A stretch of DNA of 64,000 nucleotides from Bdellovibrionales bacterium (GTDB lineage: Bacteria; Bdellovibrionota; Bdellovibrionia; Bdellovibrionales; UBA1609), in the NCBI GenBank assembly GCA_965200875.1, contig OZ241456.1, forward strand, positions 1,088,001 through 1,152,000, given 5' to 3'. Position numbers and translations under genes: made by a program. Positions 39,507 through 49,141 of the stretch are shown here, one piece after another (position 1 is the stretch's first letter; the number at the start of each line of letters is the position of its first letter). Under the pieces are notes generated by a model, which ran no database searches, was not told the origin of the DNA, and saw nothing but the letters and a program-made list of their open reading frames with translations.

Positions 39507-40802
39507 GTGTTAACAGTTTCCCATCTTCATGGCAGAGAAATTTTGGATAGTCGGGGTTTGCCAGCCCTAGAGGTGGAGCTGACTTTAAACAACAATATTA
39601 CATCTTATGCGTCTGTTCCTTCTGGTGCTTCCACAGGCACATACGAAGCTTTAGAGTTAAGAGATCAAGACCCTAAGCGTTTCCACGGGAAAGGCCTTTT
39701 AAAAGCTCTTGCCCACATAAAAACTCTATCCAAAGAGTTAAAGAATCAATCTTTCAAAAATCAATATGAAATGGATTCTTTTTTAAAAAAATCAGACGGC
39801 ACTTTAAATAAATCCCACTTGGGAGCCAATACTTTATTGGCGGTTTCCCTAGCTTATGCCAAAGCAAAAGCACTAAGCCAAAACCAGGAGCTGTTTGAAT
39901 CTTGTGCAGATATTAAACATAAAAATTACACCCTGCCCGTTCCTTTAATCAATATTCTTAATGGGGGAGCACATGCCAATAATAATTTATCTGTTCAAGA
40001 GTTTATGATCGTACCTTATGGTTTTAAGTCCCTGAAAGAAGCTCTGCGTGCCTCATCGGAGACCTTTCACTTTCTGCGTCAGATTTTAAAGCAACAATGT
40101 TTAAGCACAGCCGTAGGAGATGAAGGAGGGTTTGCTCCTCTGCTGACTCATAATGAATCTGCTCTTAAACTTTTACTGCAAGCTATTGAAAAAGCGGGAT
40201 ACTCATCTGAAACGCAAATTGCTCTGGCACTGGATGTAGCAGCTTCTGAGTTTTATCACCCGGAAAAAGGATATAAGTGGGAAAAAGATTTCCTTACGGC
40301 AGAAGATATTATTAATATTTATAAAGATTGGTCTGCGCGCTACCCTTTGATTAGCATTGAAGATGGTTTGGCAGAAGAGGATTGGCCGGGATGGATTCAA
40401 CTCACAAAAGAGCTGGGAAAAAAAATTCAATTAGTCGGTGATGACTTATTTGTCACTCATGCCAATCGTCTGCAAAAAGGCATCGATTGCAAGGTCGCCA
40501 ACGGCCTGTTAGCTAAAATCAATCAGGTTGGAACACTCACAGAAACTTTTTCTGCTGTTCAGCTGGCAAAAAAAGCCAGATATACTTGCTGTGTTTCTCA
40601 CCGGAGCGGAGAAACAGAAGACAGTAGTATAGCCGATCTAGCTGTTGCTTGGAGAGCAGAACAAATAAAAACTGGTTCTGTCTGTCGAGGAGAAAGAACA
40701 GCGAAATACAATCGCCTGCTGAGAATAGAGGAAAAACTTAAATTTCACGCAGAGTTTCTAGGTAAAAAAGCCTTTCCTTGTTTTTTTAGCAAGGCTTTAT
40801 AA
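39507..40802 (+). CDS. eno: Enolase
   Basis: REILDSRG, VPSGASTG, VGDEGGFAP, QLVGDDLFVT, KINQVGT, SHRSGETED. Confidence 0.98.
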   Translation: MLTVSHLHGREILDSRGLPALEVELTLNNNITSYASVPSGASTGTYEALELRDQDPKRFHGKGLLKALAHIKTLSKELKNQSFKNQYEMDSFLKKSDGTLNKSHLGANTLLAVSLAYAKAKALSQNQELFESCADIKHKNYTLPVPLINILNGGAHANNNLSVQEFMIVPYGFKSLKEALRASSETFHFLRQILKQQCLSTAVGDEGGFAPLLTHNESALKLLLQAIEKAGYSSETQIALALDVAASEFYHPEKGYKWEKDFLTAEDIINIYKDWSARYPLISIEDGLAEEDWPGWIQLTKELGKKIQLVGDDLFVTHANRLQKGIDCKVANGLLAKINQVGTLTETFSAVQLAKKARYTCCVSHRSGETEDSSIADLAVAWRAEQIKTGSVCRGERTAKYNRLLRIEEKLKFHAEFLGKKAFPCFFSKAL

Positions 40803-40869
40803 CGAACCCTTTTGTTTTCTTGCAAAAAAAACGATTATTTTTTAGATTCTGGTATGTTATAATACAAAT

Positions 40870-41391
40870 ATGGAAGATTTTAATACCTTTTGGCCAGCGG
40901 GCCTTTTTCTAATTGCTTATACAGGACTAATCTTTGGTGGCTTTAACTGGATGCTTAAAAACCAAACAAAGCAAATAAATATCAAGTTTGATCAAGTCGA
41001 TATCAAATTTGATCAAGTCAATGCTAAAATCGAGCAAACAAATGCCACGATAGAACCAATAATAAATGCCAAATTAGAACCAATAAATGCTAAAATCGAA
41101 CAAATAAATGAAAAACTAGAGCAAACAAATGCCACGATAGAACCAATAATAAATGCCAAATTAGAACCAATAAATGCTAAAATCGAGCAAATAAATGAAA
41201 AACTGGATAATCATATCACTGACACAAATAAAAAAATTGATAATTTAAGCAATCGTATTGATGACACAAATAAAAAAATTGATAGTTTAAGTGATAACAC
41301 AAATAAAAAGATTGATAACTTAAGTAATCATTTTGATTTGCGGTTTGACCGACTGTATGAACTCCTTTTGCAAGACAAAAAAACAGGATAA
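40870..41391 (+). CDS. Membrane-anchored coiled-coil repeat protein, array copy 1 (173 aa)
   Basis: MEDFNTFWPAGLFLIAYTGL TM, modular coiled-coil repeats, conserved FDLRFDRLYELLLQDKK end. Confidence 0.85.
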   Translation: MEDFNTFWPAGLFLIAYTGLIFGGFNWMLKNQTKQINIKFDQVDIKFDQVNAKIEQTNATIEPIINAKLEPINAKIEQINEKLEQTNATIEPIINAKLEPINAKIEQINEKLDNHITDTNKKIDNLSNRIDDTNKKIDSLSDNTNKKIDNLSNHFDLRFDRLYELLLQDKKTG

Positions 41392-41435
41392 AAAAAGCGG
41401 TTTCCTTTTAGATTCTAGTATGTTATAATACAAAT

Positions 41436-41891
41436 ATGGAAGATTTTAATACCTTATGGCCAGCGGGCCTTTTTCTGATTGCTTATACAGGCTTACTCTT
41501 TAGTGGCTTTAACTGGATGATTAAAAATCAAACAAAGCAAATAAATATTAAGTTTGATCAAGTCGATATCAAATTTGATCAAGTCAATGCCAAAATAGAG
41601 CAAACAAATGAAAAAATAGATGCCAAAATAGAGCAAATAAATGAAAAAATAGATGCCAAAATAGAGCAAACAAATGAAAAAATAGATGCCAAATTAGAAC
41701 CAATAAATGCTAAAATCGAGCAAATAAATGAAAAACTGGATAATCATATCACTGACACAAATAAAAAAATTGATAACTTAAGTGATCGTATTGATGACAC
41801 AAATAAAAAAATTGATAACTTAAGTAATCATTTTGATTTGCGGTTTGACCGACTGTATGAACTCCTTTTGCAAGACAAAAAAACAGGATAA
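41436..41891 (+). CDS. Membrane-anchored coiled-coil repeat protein, array copy 2 (151 aa)
   Basis: As copy 1; 11-aa AKIEQ(T/I)NEKID repeats. Confidence 0.85.
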   Translation: MEDFNTLWPAGLFLIAYTGLLFSGFNWMIKNQTKQINIKFDQVDIKFDQVNAKIEQTNEKIDAKIEQINEKIDAKIEQTNEKIDAKLEPINAKIEQINEKLDNHITDTNKKIDNLSDRIDDTNKKIDNLSNHFDLRFDRLYELLLQDKKTG

Positions 41892-41935
41892 AAAAAGCGG
41901 TTTCCTTTTAGATTCTAGTATGTTATAATACAAAT

Positions 41936-42304
41936 ATGGAAGATTTTAATACCTTGTGGCCAGCGGGCCTTTTTCTGATTGCTTATACAGGCTTACTCTT
42001 TAGTGGCTTTAACTGGATGATTAAAAATCAAACAAAGCAAATAAATATCAAGTTTGATCAAGTCGATATCAAATTTGATCAAGTCAATGCCACAATAAAG
42101 CAAATAAATGAAAAACTGGATAATCATATCACTGACACAAATAAAAAAATTGATAATTTAAGCAATCGTATTGATGACACAAATAAAAAAATTGATAGCT
42201 TAAGTGATAACACAAATAAAAAGATTGATAACTTAAGTAATCATTTTGATTTGCGGTTTGACCGACTGTATGAACTCCTTTTGCAAGACAAAAAAACAGG
42301 ATAA
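41936..42304 (+). CDS. Membrane-anchored coiled-coil repeat protein, array copy 3 (122 aa)
   Basis: As copy 1, fewer modules. Confidence 0.85.
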   Translation: MEDFNTLWPAGLFLIAYTGLLFSGFNWMIKNQTKQINIKFDQVDIKFDQVNATIKQINEKLDNHITDTNKKIDNLSNRIDDTNKKIDSLSDNTNKKIDNLSNHFDLRFDRLYELLLQDKKTG

Positions 42305-42348
42305 AAAAAGCGGTTTCCTTTTAGATTCTGGTATGTTATAATACAAAT

Positions 42349-42687
42349 ATGGAAGATTTTAATACCTTGTGGCCAGCGGGCCTTTTTCTGATTGCTTATA
42401 CAGGCTTACTCTTTGGTGGCTTTAGCTGGATGCTTAAAAATCAAACAAAGCAAATAAATATCAAGTTTGATCAAGTCAATGCCACAATAAAGCAAATAAA
42501 TGAAAAACTGGATAATCATATCACTGATACAAATAAGAAAATTGATAATTTAAGCAATCGTATTGATGATACAAATAATCGTATTAATGACACAAATAAA
42601 AAAATTGACAATTTAAGTAATCATTTTGATTTGCGGTTTGACCGACTGTATGAACTCCTTTTGCAGGACAAAAAAAATAAAGCATAA
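42349..42687 (+). CDS. Membrane-anchored coiled-coil repeat protein, array copy 4 (112 aa)
   Basis: As copy 1, shortest; variant end KKNKA. Confidence 0.85.
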   Translation: MEDFNTLWPAGLFLIAYTGLLFGGFSWMLKNQTKQINIKFDQVNATIKQINEKLDNHITDTNKKIDNLSNRIDDTNNRINDTNKKIDNLSNHFDLRFDRLYELLLQDKKNKA

Positions 42688-42777
42688 AATAATCGGTACC
42701 AATACTTCACCACTCGGTCTCAAACATGTGTTTTGTCCCGCACACAGAAATCAATCGCCAAAAATAAGGCACACTTT

Positions 42778-42865
42778 TCACTAAGGTGTAATACTTATGG
42801 GGCGACCAAGCCCATGACCAAACACAAAACGCACTTCACTAAGGTGTAATACTTGTGGGGCGACC
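42778..42865. repeat. 30-bp direct repeat (58-bp period) duplicating the 3' end of the adjacent lipoprotein gene
   Basis: TCACTAAGGTGTAATACTT(A/G)TGGGGCGACC at 42778 and 42836. Confidence 0.85.
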
Positions 42866-44455
42866 TAAGGCGCACTTCAGTACATCACAGGTTTTTACTG
42901 TGTTGTCGTTGTTCAATTCATAGTCCACCAGACAATAATGATAAAGGCATTTCTCTTCATCTCCTGTGTCTCTTGCCTCAATGGTATCACAATTCTCGTA
43001 TTTAGTATCATTTTCCTCTACGAGGTTATAATACATGAAAGAGGCTCTTCTTACTTTGCTTTCTTTTGGATCATCAACATTACCTTGTGCTTCAATATTT
43101 CTTCTCCTCATAAAAATTTTAAACTCTGAATGAAACTCTGAATCATCCAAGTCTCCATTCTCAATTATAGATTCACCATCTATAATTTCCTTATCCTTAT
43201 TTAAGAACCAAAAAGTTTGGCCAATGCCTTTAAGCCTGTTTGAATTAAACCGGTTAGCTCTTCTGTCTGGGCCAGTGCCATATATATTTCCCCACTTCCA
43301 TTTATTAGAATTATCATCACGAGCAAATGCACAGTTAGGTGGACCTCCGGAACAATCTGCCCAATTCCAAATTCGTGTTACATCTGCATCGGTGGTGGTG
43401 TCTTCATCTCCAGCTCCATCCGCATTCCCCCCCGCTGGTTTCATATTTTCTTTACAGGCTGCTTCACTAAAATATTTTCTCTGGGTTTCTCTACTACGGA
43501 GTTTCCTCTCCTCGTCTGTTATTTCAACTTCCAGACGACAAAAGTCTTTAAAATCTCCCTTTAGTTCTTCTTTCCAAATATAGTCCACAAAATCTTTGGA
43601 ACCGGAACTCACGGTATATTCATAATCAGCACTCTCCACCACACTTTCGTATCTATCCTCAAAAAGATCTGCATCGGATATAAATTCCTTCCATTTTTTG
43701 TTCTTATCCTTAGTGTAAGTGGTTCCATCCAAGAAGACTTTACAATAAGCCCCTAATTCATCAATGTCATCATAGCCCGGACAATCTGAAGGAGAATCTT
43801 CACAATGATCACTGACATAGCTTTCAAACCATTCAAAGGCAGGTTCATTTTTTTCTTCTGCAGAAAGCCAAAAAAACGGCTTACTATCTTCAATATCAAC
43901 TCTTAAAAATTCTTCAAAATTACTACTGTTAGCGGCTTCTTTAAAAAGTTGTTTAAGTATATTAAATTCATCATCTTCTTCGTATAGGATTTCTGCTATA
44001 TCTTCTTTATCGCTGATATGCGCTAAAAATTTCTTGGCTTGTCTGGAAGACATGTCTTTGATTGCTGAAACAAACTCCTGATCATCCAGATCCAAAAGAC
44101 AGTTTAGAGCTGGAAGGTTTAATTTTTTCAAATCTTTTATGTCTCCATCTCCAGTATCCTTAATAATTTTTCTAAAATCCTTGACAAGACTTTCTGATAA
44201 TTTTTCACAATCTTTTTCTGCATCTCCGGAAAAAATATCATCACAAATTTCTTTGCAGTTTTTGTCACATTTTCCAGAACCCAATTCGCTACATTTGACC
44301 TGTTTTTTAGGATCTGCTTTCTTTGGTTTTTCTCTTGTTGTGTCTCCAGCTGTTGTCTTCGTTCGCGTAGTGGGCGCGGACTTAGAACAGCTGAAAAAAG
44401 CCAAAGCCACACCAACAATTAAAACAAAAGCCAAAATAAACCTGTAAAGTTTCAT
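42839..44455 (-). CDS. Cys-rich acidic lipoprotein
   Basis: SD AGGAG, lipobox FFSC, CxxxCxxxC cluster. Confidence 0.75.
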   Translation of the reverse strand: MKLYRFILAFVLIVGVALAFFSCSKSAPTTRTKTTAGDTTREKPKKADPKKQVKCSELGSGKCDKNCKEICDDIFSGDAEKDCEKLSESLVKDFRKIIKDTGDGDIKDLKKLNLPALNCLLDLDDQEFVSAIKDMSSRQAKKFLAHISDKEDIAEILYEEDDEFNILKQLFKEAANSSNFEEFLRVDIEDSKPFFWLSAEEKNEPAFEWFESYVSDHCEDSPSDCPGYDDIDELGAYCKVFLDGTTYTKDKNKKWKEFISDADLFEDRYESVVESADYEYTVSSGSKDFVDYIWKEELKGDFKDFCRLEVEITDEERKLRSRETQRKYFSEAACKENMKPAGGNADGAGDEDTTTDADVTRIWNWADCSGGPPNCAFARDDNSNKWKWGNIYGTGPDRRANRFNSNRLKGIGQTFWFLNKDKEIIDGESIIENGDLDDSEFHSEFKIFMRRRNIEAQGNVDDPKESKVRRASFMYYNLVEENDTKYENCDTIEARDTGDEEKCLYHYCLVDYELNNDNTVKTCDVLKCALGRPTSITP

Positions 44456-44476
44456 TTTATACACTCCTTACAAATT

Positions 44477-45589
44477 CTACATCATTTCCACAAAATTTTC
44501 GTATTCACAACCTGCTGATTTTACACTTTCATCCAATTTTCTCCAAACCCGTTCAGAATCTATTGAACAATAAGCCAGACGAATGCACTCACTGTTTCCT
44601 CCACAAGCGTTGGAAATCACATCGTGGCCAATTTCAAAAGCAGGTTGATTTTCAATTTCCACAGCCATTTCACTGAAGGCTCTGGTTTTGTGCCCAAAAC
44701 ACTTTTTAATAAAACCCCTGAAAATCGGAAAATTAAACTGTATAAGCATGCTTCCATCCACAATTTTTTTATTTTCCTGAACTTCCTGGCTGGGTCTATC
44801 AGCTGCTTCTTCCTGTGCATCATCTACCGAATCCTCGCGTGCATTACCATTAAATTCTGTGATTGTAATTTCTTCATCTAACTCTGGCCATTCAAAGTCT
44901 TCATAGCTTTTTTCTGGTTCACTGGGAAATCTTTTAAGCTCATCATCTTCTGATCTCTTAGCTGTATATTCCTCTTTTGTTTTGATATTTTTTTCGTTGA
45001 TAACAATTTCTTCAAACTCCTCCAATGATGGAAAATCAGGTTCGGATTCAGGACCTACTAAAGCAGGACCTATATATAAAGAAGGTTCAGGTGAATATTG
45101 GTAAAGGATATTCTTTTCACCCATTGGACAATCCGCAGAAATGTTCAAACTGAAAAGCGCGCGTGCAACATGGTGATCCTGATCCTCATTTTTTAAAAAA
45201 GCAGAAACTTTAGGGTCAGTGGCAATCAAATTCAAATCTTTTTCAGCTTGTGACCATTCCGTATATGAACCGATTTTACCTAACCAAAAAGAAATTACCT
45301 GATCAACAGAAAACTGTTTACATTTTTTATAGTCAAAATAATTACACACATGCAAACATCCATCAACTCCACGACAAATAGCCTTCATTTTCTTATTCTT
45401 ATTTTTTCGTCCTCTCATAAAATTTATAGAAACTTTTTGCTGGGAAATATCCACATCCATAAAAGTTAAATTTCGTATTTTTCCTTCATCTCCTGTGTCT
45501 CTTGTATCGTCCCTTAAATTTCTAAATCCTCTGTTACAGGAAACCAAACTTAAACTGAGAAACAAAACTGATAAAATTAAAAGTTTCAC
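44477..45589 (-). CDS. Cys-containing lipoprotein, probably related to the downstream gene
   Basis: SD GGGAGG before GTG 45589, lipobox LVSC, CxxxC clusters, LAYC versus LGAYC motif. Confidence 0.7.
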   Translation of the reverse strand: MKLLILSVLFLSLSLVSCNRGFRNLRDDTRDTGDEGKIRNLTFMDVDISQQKVSINFMRGRKNKNKKMKAICRGVDGCLHVCNYFDYKKCKQFSVDQVISFWLGKIGSYTEWSQAEKDLNLIATDPKVSAFLKNEDQDHHVARALFSLNISADCPMGEKNILYQYSPEPSLYIGPALVGPESEPDFPSLEEFEEIVINEKNIKTKEEYTAKRSEDDELKRFPSEPEKSYEDFEWPELDEEITITEFNGNAREDSVDDAQEEAADRPSQEVQENKKIVDGSMLIQFNFPIFRGFIKKCFGHKTRAFSEMAVEIENQPAFEIGHDVISNACGGNSECIRLAYCSIDSERVWRKLDESVKSAGCEYENFVEMM

Positions 45590-46066
45590 TTTTACCTCCC
45601 TTTTATAATCAGTTGCCCGGGACTTTATTGTTATTCCCTGCGAAGAAAGAGGCGAAAACCCCATCACAAAAATACTTTTTCACAGGTAACCAATTAATGT
45701 TATTTTAATTACCTATCGTAACATAACCCGGATTACTTAAGTAAAGTTTTATTTCAATAAACACTATACATAATAAAATATCATTTTATCAGATACTATT
45801 CATTTTTTTAATTTTTTTTAAAGTACCAATAATATATAATTATTACACACTACCAAGTAATTAGTCTTGAAAAACCTGGAACTAGGTGTGAATAAGTCCC
45901 TGTTTAGAAAAGTATAAACCTGACTTACGCATTATACGCTGTACCAAATCAATGATTTCAAGGGTTTATAAAAACCAAAGGCACTTCAGTTCAGTCTGAA
46001 GTCGTGTATTTTCTTTCATGATAAAAACTAAGAACAACAACGGGATTGGCCACCCGTAGGAGTTTA

Positions 46067-46140
46067 TGGAGGTGGCGGCCGGAATTGAACCGACGTAAAC
46101 GGATTTGCAGTCCGCTGCCTAACCCCTCGGCCACGCCACC
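46067..46140 (-). tRNA. tRNA-Cys(GCA)
   Basis: GGTGGCGTGGCCGAGGGGTTAGGCAGCGGACTGCAAATCCGTTTACGTCGGTTCAATTCCGGCCGCCACCTCCA folds as a cloverleaf; CCA encoded. Confidence 0.96.
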
Positions 46141-46411
46141 AATCAATTCATTGTATGTCATACCATGCGTAAAGTTTGTTATCCTACAAAAATCGTCAGT
46201 AAAAAAGCTTTTTATCAATACTCGACCTTGAGATGCGACAAAATCTGCCCAGATATTCGGCTTTGAGCACAAAGCGTCCTTGAAGAAAGATCCCCATTCA
46301 GCACTTGGCATGAAGTCACCAGTGGAGTATATTAAATCAACAAAAGTGTGGTAGCCAAAAAATAGAAGCCACTCCACAATTTTAAACACTTAGGATAAAA
46401 AGCTCAAGAAA

Positions 46412-47719
46412 ATGAAACCAAATAAAGAATTTTCCAAAGTGATACTTTGTGAATATCTTTTGTCCATGCAAAAGGAAGAGGCGCGAATAGAAAAAAATCA
46501 AATGATTTTAGTGGATGAACACAAAATTCACTCTGTTGGCCCCGAACCGGAGAGCCTCCCCAAGGCAAAAGAGATTATTCGCTTAAATAACCACCTTGTC
46601 TGTCCCGGACTAATTAATACGCATACTCACCTGCCTATGACTTTGTTTCGTGGAATAGGAGATCACCTCACTTTAAAAGACTGGTTGGAAAAGGTAATAT
46701 TTCCCTTGGAAAAAAAGATGATAAACCCGGACTTTATTCGTGTGGGAACAGAGCTGGCCTTATTAGAATTGATTAAAAATGGCATTACCACAGTTTGTGA
46801 TATGTACTTTCACACTCCCACTATGGCAGAAGTATTTGAATCTTATGGACTCAGAGGAGTACTGGCCGTGGATATGCTCAACTCCTTTTCCGATTGGAAA
46901 AAAGACCTAGATAATCTGTGTCGTAAATACAAAGACAAAAAAGAACCTCACATATATCCTGCTATAGCTTGTCATGCTCCTTATACCTGCCCTCCAGAGC
47001 TATTAAAATTATCAGCAGAAGAGGCTCGCAAAAGAAATATCTCACTGACTATTCATGTGGCGGAAACTCAATGGGAAATATCAGAAATAAAAAAGAAGTA
47101 CGGGAAAACTCCTGTTGCTCATCTAAAAGACTGTGGAATTTTCGGCCCCCATTGCCTGTTTGTTCACTGCACACATATAAATGATAAGGATATGAACCTT
47201 ATGGCAAAGACAAACACTCCCCTTTCCTACAATCCCGAAAGCAATATGAAGCTCAGCTCCGGCATTGCTCCTATTTTGAGGGCAATGGAAAAAGGCATTG
47301 TCATTGGCTTGGGAACGGATGGATCAGCCAGTAACAATAACCTGAATTTGTTTACGGAAATGGACACGGGAGCAAAACTGCAAAAATTGAATAATCCTAG
47401 AAAGACTGTTTCTGCAAAAGATATTTTTGCCATGACTACCTCTTCTGCGGCGAAAGCCATCAATCTTGCTCATTCTGTCGGGAGAATACAACCCGGATTC
47501 TTTGCCGATATTATTGCTTTGGATTTAAACCACCCTCACCTTTATCCCAGAAATGATCTTCTCAATCATCTTGTGTATTCCGCTACAGGTAGAGAGGTGG
47601 ACTTTATGATGTGCCACGGGAGAGTGCTTATGAAGAATGCTGAAATTCAGGGAGTGGATGTATGCAGAGTATATGCCTCCGCAGAAATGATAAAAGAACA
47701 AATAAAGCAAAATTTTTAA
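46412..47719 (+). CDS. Amidohydrolase, MtaD/SAH-deaminase-like
   Basis: PGLINTHTH, HAPYTC, HVAET, HCTH, NPESNMKL, LGTDGSASNN. Confidence 0.88.
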   Translation: MKPNKEFSKVILCEYLLSMQKEEARIEKNQMILVDEHKIHSVGPEPESLPKAKEIIRLNNHLVCPGLINTHTHLPMTLFRGIGDHLTLKDWLEKVIFPLEKKMINPDFIRVGTELALLELIKNGITTVCDMYFHTPTMAEVFESYGLRGVLAVDMLNSFSDWKKDLDNLCRKYKDKKEPHIYPAIACHAPYTCPPELLKLSAEEARKRNISLTIHVAETQWEISEIKKKYGKTPVAHLKDCGIFGPHCLFVHCTHINDKDMNLMAKTNTPLSYNPESNMKLSSGIAPILRAMEKGIVIGLGTDGSASNNNLNLFTEMDTGAKLQKLNNPRKTVSAKDIFAMTTSSAAKAINLAHSVGRIQPGFFADIIALDLNHPHLYPRNDLLNHLVYSATGREVDFMMCHGRVLMKNAEIQGVDVCRVYASAEMIKEQIKQNF

Positions 47720-47727
47720 CTGGTATA

Positions 47728-49119
47728 ATGAAAAATCTTTTATCCTCTTTAACTTTTTTTCATCGTTATCTTTTTTCCAAGAGAGCAAACTCTGTTATCA
47801 GAAGAGTTTCTTTTATATGTTTTTTAGGTTTAGTTATTTCCATTGGCAGTTTATTAATTATCTTTAATTTAATGGGTGGTTTGGGCCAATCCATTAAAGA
47901 TCGGTTTTTAAAGACAGAACCTCATATTATTATTTCTTTGAAAAAAAACTCTTCTGATTCTTTTATACAAGAGCAAAAAAATAAAATTATGTCAGTGTTG
48001 GAATCTGCCAAGTTGGATTCTGGAGTATCTTCTTTTTATTTTTTTGAGAGTGTGGAATTGGTGGCACGAGCCAGAAAAGGAGTTTTTGCGGGAGTTGTGG
48101 CCAGAGGATATGATGCCATTCATTTAAAAAAATTTTTAAGCAGTCTGCAAGGAGATGACAAAATATTTTCAACAGGGGATATCTTGGATGAAACTTTGTC
48201 AGATAAGAAACAAGAAATAAAAGTAAAAATTCCAAGAAAAAATTCACTTAAGCTAGAGACAGTGCGAATGGGGAATGAGCAATTGTTTTTTGTTAAACAA
48301 AAAACAGACCCTGAGAAAAACCTTATTAAAAAAAAACAGAAAGAAATTATCATAGGCTTGGAGCTTGCGGGCGAGCTGGATTTATACGAAGCAGAAGAGG
48401 CCCTATTGATACCTGCAGAAAATCTTCTACTTCCACCTGGAGAACCTATTAACTTTGAATCCGCTTATGTAGCTTCCATTATCTCCACTCAGAATGCAAT
48501 ATGGAACTCCAGTTATATTTTTTATGATCGAGAAAATTTTCCCTCTTTCCGCGAAAACAGTTCTTATGAAGCTGGTTTTGAAATGCGTTTAAAAAAACCA
48601 GAGAATTTTTTATTGTATAAAACTACATTACAAAAAAAAGGGTTTTCTGTAGAGGCGTGGCCCGAAAGAAACTCTTCTATTTTTTTTGCTCTTAAAGTGG
48701 AAAAAGCCATTATGAGCCTTTTTTTATCTTTAGCAGGGTTTATTACTTTGTTGGCTGTTTCCTCTTTATTGGTTTTGCTCATTGTGCAGAAAAAAAGGGA
48801 AATGGGAATTTTAATGGCTATGGGCCTTCCTCTGCGAAAAATTCAAAACTTGTTTATAGGCATTGGGTTGCTGTTATGTTCTTTTGGTATGGCAGGCGCT
48901 TGGCTGTTTAGTTTATTTGTTTGTTTGTTTTTAAAATATTCCAACATTCCTTTGTTGTCTCAATTTCATGCGGAATCCCGGTTTCCCATAGAGTTTAATT
49001 TTCTTTTTATGTGCTGGCTGTTTGTTGGTGTTTTTTTACTAGCTTGTATAATGTGTATGTTGTCTGTACGGTCTCAACTTCGCTATTCTCCATCAGAACT
49101 GCTAAAAACAATCAAATAA
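47728..49119 (+). CDS. LolC/LolE-like (MacB/FtsX family) ABC permease
   Basis: N-terminal TM, periplasmic domain, ALKVEK..., QKKREMGILMAMG and three C-terminal TMs. Confidence 0.8.
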   Translation: MKNLLSSLTFFHRYLFSKRANSVIRRVSFICFLGLVISIGSLLIIFNLMGGLGQSIKDRFLKTEPHIIISLKKNSSDSFIQEQKNKIMSVLESAKLDSGVSSFYFFESVELVARARKGVFAGVVARGYDAIHLKKFLSSLQGDDKIFSTGDILDETLSDKKQEIKVKIPRKNSLKLETVRMGNEQLFFVKQKTDPEKNLIKKKQKEIIIGLELAGELDLYEAEEALLIPAENLLLPPGEPINFESAYVASIISTQNAIWNSSYIFYDRENFPSFRENSSYEAGFEMRLKKPENFLLYKTTLQKKGFSVEAWPERNSSIFFALKVEKAIMSLFLSLAGFITLLAVSSLLVLLIVQKKREMGILMAMGLPLRKIQNLFIGIGLLLCSFGMAGAWLFSLFVCLFLKYSNIPLLSQFHAESRFPIEFNFLFMCWLFVGVFLLACIMCMLSVRSQLRYSPSELLKTIK

Positions 49120-49141
49120 TAACAACCTTTTTCACAGGCGA

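Larger units (their letters stand above)
40841..42687 (+). repeat. Tandem array of four gene-sized units (periods 566, 500 and 413 bp) with near-identical 44-bp spacers
   Basis: Spacer AAAAAGCGGTTTCCTTTTAGATTCT(A/G)GTATGTTATAATACAAAT precedes ATGs at 41436, 41936 and 42349; its 3' part also precedes 40870. Confidence 0.95.

Noticed and set aside
40841..42687. Array as CRISPR, integron cassettes or DGR
   Set aside because: Units are paralogous ORFs; I saw no attC-like palindromes, no integrase or reverse transcriptase, and no adenine-specific variation.
40803..46066. tRNA-Cys-integrated island or prophage
   Set aside because: No duplicated tRNA 3' end (att) and no integrase or phage genes seen.
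45991..46389. 132-aa minus-strand ORF
   Set aside because: Overlaps tRNA-Cys and has no recognisable protein features.
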